Shown piece after piece: positions 7,828 through 16,719 of a stretch of 30,010 nucleotides of DNA. Each line of letters begins with the position of its first letter. Positions within the stretch are counted from its first letter, which is position 1. The DNA is from a virus (Duplodnaviria; Caudoviricetes): positions 1 through 30,010 of the IMG/VR virus record IMGVR_UViG_3300050160_000054, one strand, 5' to 3'. The notes beneath the pieces are model-generated. The model made no database searches. It saw nothing but the letters and a program-made list of their open reading frames with translations, and was not told where the DNA came from. Made by a program: the position numbers and the translations under genes.

Positions 7828-10210
7828 TCATGCGTATCCAGCCTGCCGATAGGCTTTGAGAGCGTCTTTGAAAATTTCCACACGATCTGCGAGCCAGTCG
7901 CCCTCGTTTTTTCCGGCGGGTAGCTCCAGCCCGTCAGGTAGATACAAGATGCGGACCTGATTGCCACCACCACTGATTCGCTTGCGCAGCACTAGGCCGC
8001 GATGCTTACGGTTGACTGCATTCATGAACCTAGGCTGGCTTAAGGCCCGGACGCCTTGGCGCTTAGACCATTCGCAGTACAGGTCAAAGAAGTCTTGGCT
8101 AAGGCACGGCGTGAGTACGGCAGGCGCTGCCTTTGCCGGGAATCCTTCAACGTCACCACGCTCAAAGGCCAGAACAAAGCGACTTGGGCTATCCATGCCA
8201 AGGTCGATGAGCTCTCGCTTGGCATCGTTCATCGGGGGCAGCGTGGCCTCCGAAAACTTGCCTAGGTCGAGATGCAGCAAGTAGTCGTGGAGAGCTTCAA
8301 CACCACCGTTATCAATCTCGTACTTAACCTCTTGATAGAAGTCGGCATCCAACTTCTCGGGTGTCCAAATCACAGCATGGCGGCGGTCATCCTCTTCCAG
8401 CACAACGGGCATGGCTTCGTTGGACAGAAATACCATGTTCACATGGTTGCGCTCGTCATAGGCGGCCATGTTTTTGGGGTTGATGCGGATCCAGTCCCCA
8501 GTGATAAATGCCTTGAGCTTGTTTTTGATGTGGTACAGGTCAGAGCGTGCAACCACCTCGTCAGCGATCAGGAAAAGCTTGCGGCTGGCCCAGTCGTTGA
8601 ATTTGTCTTCAATGGCAGACTGGTCGATCACGCGGCCATAGCGACCGTAGATGGCCATGATGCATTCGAAGAACATGTTCTTTCCCGTGCCCTGTGGACC
8701 ATGGATGACCACGGTGGTTTTCATCTTGGCGCCCGGGTGTTGAATCGGGTATGCCAACCAAGACAAAACCCACTTGTACATCTGCTCCCCGCACATGTAG
8801 AGCAGCAGATCTAGCAACGCCTGACACTTGCCAGCCTTGGGTGTGGTAGGCCACCCTGACCAAAGGTTGCATCGGATTTCAGGGTCGGTGCAGGCAGGGT
8901 CAAAGCCTACCTCTTTGACGCGGACGATTTGCCGGTCCGGATGCTCCGCCCATGCTCGGTGAATCTCACGCTTCAAGCAGGCATCGCGCATGTCGCTTAA
9001 GGGAAGCAGCATGTGCTCCTGATGGTCAAACACAGTACTGCCCTGCCCATACACCAGGGCAAAGCGGTCCAGCAGCTCTTCCACGCTATCCATCGGGCGG
9101 AGTGGGTTGTTTTCGCGGCCACCCTGCCCCCCTGTGGCGGTGGCGGCGCGTTTTGGGGACGCGCGCCAATTCAGCTCCGAGAGGCGGACCTCGATCTGGT
9201 TGCGGACTACGTGGAGGCCTTCCAGCAGTTGCAGGTCGTTGAAGTCGTTGAGCTTGGTGCCCTTCTCCATCCAGCCGGCCTTGCGGGCTGCTGCATCGGT
9301 GAACCTTGGGGCAATCCATGCACCGCCCACTTCCATGGCGGCTGCACTGGCGGCGGTGATGCCAGCGTTGGCAGCCTTGTGCGGCTGACCACAGTGTGGG
9401 CAGTTGGGGCCATCGGCAGGCCATACCGGCTTGCGGCATTCTTGCTGCTGGCACTTCTGGGTTTCGTCGTCATCCGCGCAGATGAGGAACTGGGAACGCT
9501 TGTGGCGTGCGCGCAGGTTGCGCACGACGTGAATGATGTTGCCGGCATCAAATGCGATGACCACGGGCAGGCCGGTGGCTTCGTACAGGCTGGCGCCCGT
9601 GGCATAGCCCTCAGCCACCAGGACGATGGGGCCAATCACCCCGATCTGGTGAAAGTGGCCTTTCTTGGCGAGACCGGCTGGCCAGAATTCCTTGTCCAGC
9701 TTTTTGCGCTCGCCGGTTTGTTTGCCGCGGATGACCTGCAAGCCGTGAATCTGGCCGGCCACATCCAGCACGGGGATGATCATGGCCGCGCCAGGTGAGT
9801 ACCGCACGCCATGGCCCAGCACGCCCTTGCGGGTGAGGTATTCGCACTCGCCCTGCTCGGAGTATCGGCCCCATGCTTTGCGGGCCCGCTCCGCTGCGCG
9901 CTCCTGGTCGGCCTTCTCTGCCAGCTCGGAGTTACGCTTGTCTTCGGCCATGCGGCGGCGCACTGCGTCACGCTGCTCGGTGCTCAGCTCCTGCTTGCCA
10001 ATCTCCACCTTCTGGACATTGTTGTTGGTGCCTTGCCAGATTCCGTAGCTGCCCACGATCCAGCCGGATTTCATGCAGTTGATACCAGCCGCGCTTTTCC
10101 TTGCCGCCATCCTTCGACCGGCAGCGCTGGCGCTTGCCAATTTCGAGGTGGTCGACCAGTAGGCCGAACGCCTGCAACTGGCTCAAAACTTCATGGTAGT
10201 TGGAGGACAT
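7828..10210 (-). CDS. P4-like primase/helicase (TOPRIM + SF3-type ATPase), +1 frameshift near 10055
   Basis: VAEGYATG and ICADDD TOPRIM motifs, NDFNDL, Walker A GPQGTGKN, IADE. The plausible N-terminus (MSSNYHEVL...RGWYQLHEIRLD, 10210) is in a different frame from IVGSYGIW onward. Confidence 0.85.
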
Positions 10211-10382
10211 CAGTAACTTTCGGGGCCGCTAGCTACACACAAAAAGGGGTTCGAATTACCCGCACGCAGAGGTACAGGGAAGGACCCAATGCCGGGGGTG
10301 CATGCATCAGCACCACGCAACGCGCAGGAAGCAACGCCAGCGTTTACCGCTGCTGCTCCCAATGGGGAGGTGGGGCTAGCTC

Positions 10383-10907
10383 TCATGAATTGAAGGATTT
10401 GGGTGGCGTTGGAAGCTGCGCGCGCAGGCCGGCCAACAGGTTGTTGATGGCGCTGATGGCCTCTGATGCCAAGCCATCGCAACGGCGCATGCTGTTGCCT
10501 GTGACCCCTGCCGCAAAGGCGTCGGACACTGCGTGCTGCAGGTCTGCCACCAGGGCGTTCATCTGCCAGTACAGGGCGTGGGGATCGTCCGTGCTGGCCG
10601 GTACCGACTTGATGACGTTGTAGCCAAGGCGCGCAGCCTCGGCTTGCAGGATCCACGGCAGACCGGAGAACTCCTGCATTTGCAGGGCTTCCTCGACCGT
10701 CGTGTGGTGGGTGGTGTTGTTGGGGTTTACCTTGTGGTTCAGGGTATCAACCGACTTGCCCATGCGTGATGCCAGGACTTGGATGCCACCTTGGCATTTG
10801 TGCGCGGTGTGATAGATGGCGTCCTGGACGCTCATGTCGGCGATGTTGGGAATGTCCTCATCTTCGCCATAGGCAGTTGCGCGTGGGATGGAAACACTAG
10901 ATCTCAT
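10383..10907 (-). CDS. Phage regulatory protein CII (CP76-like)
   Basis: GGIQVLASRMGKSVDTLNHKVNPNNTTHHTTVEE motif; GAGGTG RBS; downstream of cro. Confidence 0.8.
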   Translation of the reverse strand: MRSSVSIPRATAYGEDEDIPNIADMSVQDAIYHTAHKCQGGIQVLASRMGKSVDTLNHKVNPNNTTHHTTVEEALQMQEFSGLPWILQAEAARLGYNVIKSVPASTDDPHALYWQMNALVADLQHAVSDAFAAGVTGNSMRRCDGLASEAISAINNLLAGLRAQLPTPPKSFNS

Positions 10908-11168
10908 GAACACCACCTCACCTAAACAACTGCAGCCAATTGGCCACGTCGTGCGCCAGCTGGTGAAGCAATGCGCCGAACAGGCGCGAAGTGAACTCCG
11001 GGCAACACATCCGAAGTACCGCAGTTATGGCGGTGACCTTGGTCGGTTTGCGTCAGGGCCAGCAAAGGAGCAGCGCTGTGGCTGATCCAGTCTTGAAGGA
11101 GAGTCCCCCCACAGGTGGACAATGGGAGCTTCTCACCACCACCAACGCCACCACAGGGGGTACTCAAA

Positions 11169-11381
11169 ATGGATACGAATGCTTTGATCTTGGCCGCGCA
11201 CATCCGTACGATTGCGCAGGAGCTGCGAATGAAGGCCATGCGGGAGCAGGTTTCACAGGACTTGCCCTTAAACGAGCTCCATGTAGCCGAGGCGGAGTGG
11301 TACAAAGCGAACCACTTGCACGAGTTCGTGGACGAGGCCATGGAAGAGCTCAGGGTCATTGCAGAGCGCTTTGCACCTTAG
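11169..11381 (+). CDS. Small helical protein antisense to the cro operon
   Basis: MDTNALILAAHIRTIAQELRMK...; 70 aa, protein-like composition, GGGG RBS; fills the gap between minus-strand genes. Confidence 0.55.
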   Translation: MDTNALILAAHIRTIAQELRMKAMREQVSQDLPLNELHVAEAEWYKANHLHEFVDEAMEELRVIAERFAP

Positions 11382-11529
11382 GCTTGCGACGCTTGCCCTC
11401 ATACGGGCCTGTGTCTTCTGGCGGCATACCGTTTTGGGCCCAGCTGTTCAAAATCTCTTTTGACTCTTTGGTATCTGCCGCGATCTGGCGCAAAAGCGCC
11501 AGCATCTCTGCTGCTTGCTGTTCGTTCAT
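11356..11529 (-). CDS. Small hypothetical protein (57 aa, below ORF-track cutoff)
   Basis: AAGGA RBS, then MNEQQAAEMLALLRQIAADTKESKEILNSWAQNGMPP... Confidence 0.55.
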   Translation of the reverse strand: MNEQQAAEMLALLRQIAADTKESKEILNSWAQNGMPPEDTGPYEGKRRKPKVQSALQ

Positions 11530-11539
11530 GGGATTTCCT

Positions 11540-11785
11540 TTAACTTGCTACAGTTTCAGTAGCTGCTTGCGCAGACTCGGCAAGCTCTGCCATAAGGTTT
11601 GGCATGAAAAGCGTTGGATGCTGGACTTTGACCGCACTCGGAATGCCGCGAACCGTCCAGTTTTGGACGCGCTGCACGGGGTGAGCACCGGTCAAACCAA
11701 GTTGTTTGGCCACTTTTGTAGCGCCGCCCAATTGCTCAATCAACTGACGGTCCGCTTCGATGTTTGTGTTTTTTATGGATGGCAT
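11540..11785 (-). CDS. Second Cro-like HTH protein
   Basis: LIEQLGGATKVAKQLG...QRVQNWTVRGIP, a Cro-type HTH pattern; start uncertain. Confidence 0.7.
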   Translation of the reverse strand: MPSIKNTNIEADRQLIEQLGGATKVAKQLGLTGAHPVQRVQNWTVRGIPSAVKVQHPTLFMPNLMAELAESAQAATETVAS

Positions 11786-11794
11786 CACAAGCAC

Positions 11795-12058
11795 TCAACT
11801 TTCCGCAGATTCAGTGGTTGCTTGCGCAGATTGGGTGGACGCTTGTGCAAGTTCTGGCCAAATGGTTTGCCAATCATCTGGTCGCAAATCTCGACGTGTT
11901 ACTGCACCCCCAGTGGCGGTCTCAATACTTGGACAGCGCCATACAGGTACCGGCTTGACACCTGTTGCCCATTGCCAAACCAACTGGGGCTGTGTACCAA
12001 GTGCACGAGCCAAGTTGGATTTACTGCCGTGCTCAGAAAGATAAGCGGATAGCTTCAT
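11795..12058 (-). CDS. cro: Cro-like repressor (YdaS family)
   Basis: LARALGTQPQLVWQW...CPSIETATGGAVTRRDLRPDDW; divergent from CI. Confidence 0.85.
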   Translation of the reverse strand: MKLSAYLSEHGSKSNLARALGTQPQLVWQWATGVKPVPVWRCPSIETATGGAVTRRDLRPDDWQTIWPELAQASTQSAQATTESAES

Positions 12059-12143
12059 AACCGACAGTATAAGCGCGGCGCTTAACTTAATGCAAGAAAA
12101 AATTATGCGAATCGCTCATTCCCTTTTTTAAGCGCATTGCTTT
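12042..12143. promoter_or_regulatory. OR operator cluster and cro promoter
   Basis: TAAGCG-N3-CGCTTA perfect at 12070-12084; degenerate copies at 12042-12056, 12104-12118 and 12129-12143; minus-strand TTGCAT-N18-TATACT promoter. Confidence 0.75.
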
Positions 12144-12154
12144 AAATCGACACC

Positions 12155-12622
12155 ATGAACACCATTGATGAGATCAGGCTGGAAAACCTGCGTGCGCTAA
12201 TAAAAGAGAAGGGCTCGCAAAAGAAGGTCTCCGACGACACCGGAACAAGCCAGGTCTATTTGAGTCAGCTCCTTAACGCAGCCAAGGATGCAAAGACGGG
12301 AAAGGCAAGACAGATTGGCGACGACATGGCACGTAAGCTCGAAATCGGATGCGGAAAAGTACGCGGCTGGCTTGATAACGTCCACTCAACTCGCCCAAAC
12401 CTTGAGTACCAGCAAGACAGTCCAACCATCGCAGTTGCGGCAGAGCCAAATGTTGTTTACACAATCAAGGCTGCTCCCGATCTACATACAGAGCGCCTAA
12501 CTCAGCTGTGGAATGAACTAGACGTATCCAGCAAGACTGAACTTCTCAACATGATTGAATTTTTCGTTGCGGGTCGCCGCCCACATCGCGACGGCCAAGC
12601 TCATACCGTGGCCGGGTACTAA
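12155..12622 (+). CDS. cI: CI-like XRE repressor without an S24 peptidase domain
   Basis: IRLENLRALI...YLSQLL...IGDDMARKLEIGCGKVRGWLD; divergent from cro across the operators. Confidence 0.8.
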   Translation: MNTIDEIRLENLRALIKEKGSQKKVSDDTGTSQVYLSQLLNAAKDAKTGKARQIGDDMARKLEIGCGKVRGWLDNVHSTRPNLEYQQDSPTIAVAAEPNVVYTIKAAPDLHTERLTQLWNELDVSSKTELLNMIEFFVAGRRPHRDGQAHTVAGY

Positions 12623-12727
12623 TAAAAAGCGGGAGCGCAGGGGCAACAAAAACAATAACCCCGGACAACTTAATCCTGCCCTGGACGTCGTGGAAAACAA
12701 CACATCCAACAGGTGCAACAGCAAGCA

Positions 12728-13321
12728 ATGAGCGCGTCACTTGAACCTCTGCAACTTCTTGGGATCAAGAAGCGGGAAAAGCGCGCCTTTTTTGCGCGTT
12801 ACGGGGTGCGCGTAGTCGAGGAGCTCTACAAAAAAAAATTCTTTGCCCTTTTTGAAAATCGCTGTTTCCGGTGCGGCGCCTATGAAGCTCCTACCTGGGT
12901 GTGGGCGCCGGCAGTCCTATGCATGGACCATCACATTCCATTTCACAGAGGCGGGCATTTTGAAGCTGGGAATTTGGTATGCCTTTGTCGGCCATGCAAC
13001 ACTCAAAAACGAGACAAGGACCCTGCGATTTACTACCCCCCTTCTTTACTGAACCGGTTGACACCCTTGTTAAGTGCACAGGAAACACTTTTCAAATTTC
13101 AGTGGAACGAAGAGAAATGGCGCGCTGACCCAGCAGGCTACCTCGCAAGTATTGGTGTTCCCAGCGAACAGATCCACTTAACCTTTAACGACGAGTATTT
13201 TTACGGGTACATCCATCCTGATGATGTAGCGCTACCCCTTTGGGGCATCACCATAAAGTGCTCCGACCCTGATGCGCTGCTACTAGGGAAAGATCAGTTA
13301 AGCGCGCAGAATAAAATTTAA
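12728..13321 (+). CDS. HNH endonuclease-domain moron in the immunity region
   Basis: CFRCG...DHHIPFHRGG...NLVCLCRPCNTQK; more AT-rich than flanks; start at 12713 or 12728. Confidence 0.8.
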   Translation: MSASLEPLQLLGIKKREKRAFFARYGVRVVEELYKKKFFALFENRCFRCGAYEAPTWVWAPAVLCMDHHIPFHRGGHFEAGNLVCLCRPCNTQKRDKDPAIYYPPSLLNRLTPLLSAQETLFKFQWNEEKWRADPAGYLASIGVPSEQIHLTFNDEYFYGYIHPDDVALPLWGITIKCSDPDALLLGKDQLSAQNKI

Positions 13322-13359
13322 GCGCTTCGCTTGACTAATGAAGCGTAACGCTTAATAAT
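13299..13359 (+). promoter_or_regulatory. OL operators and early promoter
   Basis: TAAGCGCTTCGCTTG (13319-13333), GAAGCGTAACGCTTA (13340-13354) and a half site at 13299; TTGACT-N17-AATAAT at 13331-13359. Confidence 0.75.
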
Positions 13360-13399
13360 TCACTCCAAGCCCGCAACTTCATGCGGATTGGAGTGAAAA

Positions 13400-13828
13400 G
13401 TGAAGTTCTCAACCCTCCCACCATTCAAAGCCACCGGAAAGGTGGCTGTTTATCAAAGCAAAGGTTTTGACACCAACGTCATTGAGTTGGTTGTCACCGT
13501 CTACACCACGGACTCGCATGCCATTGCATCGGCCATGGAAAGTGCAGCCAAATGGCAATTGGAGCGCCTCGGAGTGCCCGTTGCAAGCATTCGGGATATG
13601 GGCTTTGAGTACAGCGGAACCGATCACCTGCTCGCCCTTGAGCCCAAGGGTGTGAAACAAGTGTGGGGCGAGGCCGTTGAAGGCTTTTTTGATGGCGTCA
13701 GCCACTCCGAAGCCAAGCGCGCCACTTTGATTCGCCAGCGCCGCCTACTGCCGCATGACCACGCCGAGGCTCTGGCCATCTACGGCAAGCCAGTGCAAGC
13801 CAAGCAAGAAGAGGCGGTGGCAGCATGA
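13400..13828 (+). CDS. Early hypothetical protein
   Basis: GGAG RBS, GTG start; first gene after the early promoter. Confidence 0.7.
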   Translation: MKFSTLPPFKATGKVAVYQSKGFDTNVIELVVTVYTTDSHAIASAMESAAKWQLERLGVPVASIRDMGFEYSGTDHLLALEPKGVKQVWGEAVEGFFDGVSHSEAKRATLIRQRRLLPHDHAEALAIYGKPVQAKQEEAVAA

Positions 13829-14124
13829 ACACAACCGCACACCGCCTGGTCAACATCCTGCTGGCCCTCGCCATCGTGGCGATCTATGCAGCCATGCAAC
13901 AGCTTGACGGCATTCCTGACGGCCGCGCAGAAATGGCGCAGTCAGCAGCCACTCAAGACGCTATCAAAACAGAAGCTGCCCGCGCACGTTTCATGCGGGC
14001 CGCTGCCAAATCCTGCGGAAATGCTGACTGGGTGGAGGTTGACTCCAACACCGTGCGCTGCATCCCCCGCAAGGCCCCCGCCAGCACTGGCGCTGTAGTG
14101 GCTTTGGCCGAGGTGGCGCGATGA
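13825..14124 (+). CDS. Early hypothetical protein with N-terminal TM helix
   Basis: LVNILLALAIVAIYAAM; ATGA coupling. Confidence 0.65.
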   Translation: MNTTAHRLVNILLALAIVAIYAAMQQLDGIPDGRAEMAQSAATQDAIKTEAARARFMRAAAKSCGNADWVEVDSNTVRCIPRKAPASTGAVVALAEVAR

Positions 14125-14444
14125 ACTGCTGCAACGACTACGGCCAATGCACCCAAGGGCAGGACTGCCCTGCCCGCCCGGCTGCTGTGGCCCCAATCAA
14201 ATTGACCCGTGCACGTACCTGCGAAGAGCTTGGCTTATGCCAAAGCAAAGCAACACCATGTGCCGGATGCGCACCAATCGAGGTACAGCCCGCACCTGCG
14301 CTGCGCGCCCCGATGGATGACGAGCTGCCGGCCAGCAAATGGGACCTGCTCTGGTTCTGGGGCACTGTGAGCGTTACCGGTGTTTGCACGCTGGTCGTGA
14401 TTGCCGGCGGCTTGGGCTGGGCCTACGGAAAGTACATGGCATGA
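14121..14444 (+). CDS. Cys-rich protein with C-terminal TM helix
   Basis: MNCCNDYGQCTQGQDCPAR...TCEELGLCQ; hydrophobic C-terminus; ATGA coupling. Confidence 0.7.
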   Translation: MNCCNDYGQCTQGQDCPARPAAVAPIKLTRARTCEELGLCQSKATPCAGCAPIEVQPAPALRAPMDDELPASKWDLLWFWGTVSVTGVCTLVVIAGGLGWAYGKYMA

Positions 14445-14752
14445 GAGCGCCACGTTGCCACGCCGATGCGGCCGGCATGCCGCCCGTGACCGATGCCCAC
14501 CGCCATGCGGCCTTTGAGGCCATGCACTGGAAGGGCTGGACCTACGAGCAGGCCATGCAGTTCGACATGCGCAGCAAGTTGATCGAGTGCCGCGCTGCTG
14601 CACTGCGCAAGGCCGAGTGGGAAGCCACCACCAAGCGCACCACTGTGCCTGTGCGCCGTGTCCGCCTTGGCAGCGATGGCCACCCCGTGGGCTACGTCAC
14701 CCAGATGGTCAACGGCCCACGCAAAGCCATTGTGCAGCCGGACCTGATCTGA
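14441..14752 (+). CDS. Early hypothetical protein
   Basis: MRAPRCHADAAG...; ATGA overlap with the previous gene. Confidence 0.6.
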   Translation: MRAPRCHADAAGMPPVTDAHRHAAFEAMHWKGWTYEQAMQFDMRSKLIECRAAALRKAEWEATTKRTTVPVRRVRLGSDGHPVGYVTQMVNGPRKAIVQPDLI

Positions 14753-14784
14753 CTGCTCTCCACTTCTTTCACAACTACACCACC

Positions 14785-14994
14785 ATGCCCCACCAAGTTC
14801 TTCCAATTGCGGCCATAGAGGCCAAGGCCCGCACAGATGCGGCGATCTACGACAACGTGAACGACGCCTGCCCCTACAGCTTCTACACCGAGGCCGGCCG
14901 CGTCTACAAAGCCGCCTTCCAGAAGGAACGCCTTGCCATGTCCATGAAGGGCAAGCCCGAGGTGAAGACCAACCGGACGAGGGCTGCAGCGTGA
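14785..14994 (+). CDS. Small early protein (ACPY motif)
   Basis: MPHQVLPIAAIEAKAR...NDACPYSFYTEAG; GTGA overlap with the next gene. Confidence 0.6.
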   Translation: MPHQVLPIAAIEAKARTDAAIYDNVNDACPYSFYTEAGRVYKAAFQKERLAMSMKGKPEVKTNRTRAAA

Positions 14995-15626
14995 ACTGGC
15001 TTGTAACCGCCCACGCCCGTGAGCATGAGCTCACCGGTACCGCTGCCACCCACCCCGACAACGTGCCCAGCCTGAGCGAGATCGGGCACTCGCTGGCACA
15101 GATCAACCGGTTTACCGGCCACGCCACCCGCCCCTACAGCGTTGCAGAGCACAGCCTGCTGGTGCTGAGCTTGGCCCGTAATGAGTACGCATCGCCAGAG
15201 CTGCAATTTGCAGCCCTGATGCATGACGCCCACGAGTGCATCACCAGCGATGTGGCCAGCCCGATCAAGGCCGAGCTGGGCCCAGTGTGGGCTGCCTTTG
15301 AATGGAAGCACCAGCGCCACTTGCTGGAGCAGTACGAGCTGCTGGACGTGTTCACCCAGTACAAGGCCCGCATCAAGCGCTGGGACCTGATCGCACTGGC
15401 GACCGAGCGCAGCCAGATCACCCGCTTCAACCCGCTGTACCACCGCCTCTGGCCGATTCTGGACACGCCAGGCGAAGAGATACCGGTGGCCACCAGCGTG
15501 GATCTGAATGAGCACTGGCGCTGCGTCAACACCTGGGCGACTTGGGCCCACGTGTTCACCCAGCAGGCCGAAGAGCTGCAGACCCGAATCATGAAGGCCA
15601 ATGTGAACGGGCGGGCTGCAGCATGA
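14991..15626 (+). CDS. HD-domain phosphohydrolase (YfbR/YfdR-like nucleotidase)
   Basis: LAQINRFTGH...YSVAEHS...ALMHDAHE...DLIALATE motifs. Confidence 0.85.
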   Translation: MNWLVTAHAREHELTGTAATHPDNVPSLSEIGHSLAQINRFTGHATRPYSVAEHSLLVLSLARNEYASPELQFAALMHDAHECITSDVASPIKAELGPVWAAFEWKHQRHLLEQYELLDVFTQYKARIKRWDLIALATERSQITRFNPLYHRLWPILDTPGEEIPVATSVDLNEHWRCVNTWATWAHVFTQQAEELQTRIMKANVNGRAAA

Positions 15627-15868
15627 GCACCACCCTCGCAGACCGCGCCAAAGGCACCGCCTTTGAGGTCATCTACCAACCACGCGCAGTGCCTGACAGC
15701 TGCCGCCCGCCGAAGAAAAGCGGACCGAAGCCCAGCAGCACCAAAAAACACGCCGCATGGGCTGGCCTGCAGCCGCTGGAAAACGTGGCACCCGGATTCA
15801 ACACCCCTATCACCACCCGCGAGCAGTCAGCACGGACTGCGCGCATTCGTGGGCGAGGAAACAAGTAA
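15623..15868 (+). CDS. Basic early hypothetical protein
   Basis: MSTTLADRAKG...; ATGA coupling. Confidence 0.55.
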   Translation: MSTTLADRAKGTAFEVIYQPRAVPDSCRPPKKSGPKPSSTKKHAAWAGLQPLENVAPGFNTPITTREQSARTARIRGRGNK

Positions 15869-15896
15869 CCCCACCCACCACCAACAGGAGATCACC

Positions 15897-16224
15897 ATGC
15901 TCACCATCGCAAACCTACCCGCCCTAGGCGAACAACTTGAAAACGGCACCTTTGCCGGCATCACTACCAAGCCTGACGGCACCCACCATGCCGTGGTTTT
16001 GCTGCCTGACCAAGGCACAGAGCTCACATGGAAGAAAGCCATGAACTGGGCCAAGAAGCTGGAAGCAGAGCTGCCCTCACGCCCCGTAGCGGCACTGGAC
16101 CAGCGAGGAAGACGACGCCTCTTTCGCCTGGTGTTGCGGCTTCGACGGCGGCAACCAGGGCTACTACCGCAAGAGCTACGAAGGCTCGGCTGTTGCCGTC
16201 CGCTTGATTCCCCTCACCGCTTGA
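15897..16224 (+). pseudogene. DGR target 1 (DUF1566/C-lectin-like), frameshifted near 16095
   Basis: CAGGAG RBS; MLTIANLP...LTWKKAMNWAKKLEAELPSRPVAAL continues in the +1 frame as HWTSEEDDASFAWCCGFDGGNQGYYRKSYEGSAVAVRLIPLTA*; paralogous to 16258-16719. Confidence 0.85.
16115..16203 (+). repeat. DGR variable repeat VR1
   Basis: 89-bp ungapped match to TR; 13 mismatches, all at TR adenines. Confidence 0.95.
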
Positions 16225-16257
16225 TTCTTCAATCCTTTTAACCCCTCGGAGCCAACT

Positions 16258-16719
16258 ATGTCCACACTTACCCTTGAAGTCATCGAAGCGAAACACAACG
16301 AGCTGAGCAAGCTGATTGCCCAGTTCAAAGCCGATGCCAACAAACCCACAACATGGTTTTTCCCAGAAGTCTCTATTGAACTCGCACCGGGCGAGCGCTA
16401 CGCCGGCGCAGTGCTGACTGAAACAGGCCATATCGACCACCACCTCGTGCTGATGGCCGCGCGCCCAGAAGGAAAGCTGGAGTGGCAAGCCGCCATGGAT
16501 TGGGCTGCCAGCGTTGGTGGTGACCTGCCTAGCCGTCAAGAGCAGGCTCTGCTCTACGCCAACTGCAAGCCGCATATGAAACCAGAGTGGCACTGGTCCA
16601 ACGAGACCCATGAAAACGACGCCTCTTACGCCTGGGGTTGCTACTTCAGCAACGGCGGCCAGGTCAACCTCCGCAAGAGCTACGAAGGCTCGGCTGTTGC
16701 CGTCCGCCGGATTCGCTGA
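16258..16719 (+). CDS. DGR target 2 (DUF1566/C-lectin-like)
   Basis: WQAAMDWAASVGGDLPSRQEQALL...WHWS...AW...AVAVRR; VR2 at the C-terminus. Confidence 0.9.
   Translation: MSTLTLEVIEAKHNELSKLIAQFKADANKPTTWFFPEVSIELAPGERYAGAVLTETGHIDHHLVLMAARPEGKLEWQAAMDWAASVGGDLPSRQEQALLYANCKPHMKPEWHWSNETHENDASYAWGCYFSNGGQVNLRKSYEGSAVAVRRIR
16619..16707 (+). repeat. DGR variable repeat VR2
   Basis: 89-bp ungapped match to TR; 11 mismatches, all at TR adenines. Confidence 0.95.

Noticed and set aside
10246-10261. tRNA T-loop-like GGTTCGAAT
   Set aside because: No T-stem, cloverleaf or CCA end around it.
15663-16241. 192-aa ORF as an intact gene
   Set aside because: The RBS-supported start is 15897, and its tail (DQRGRRR...) is the out-of-frame reading of VR1.
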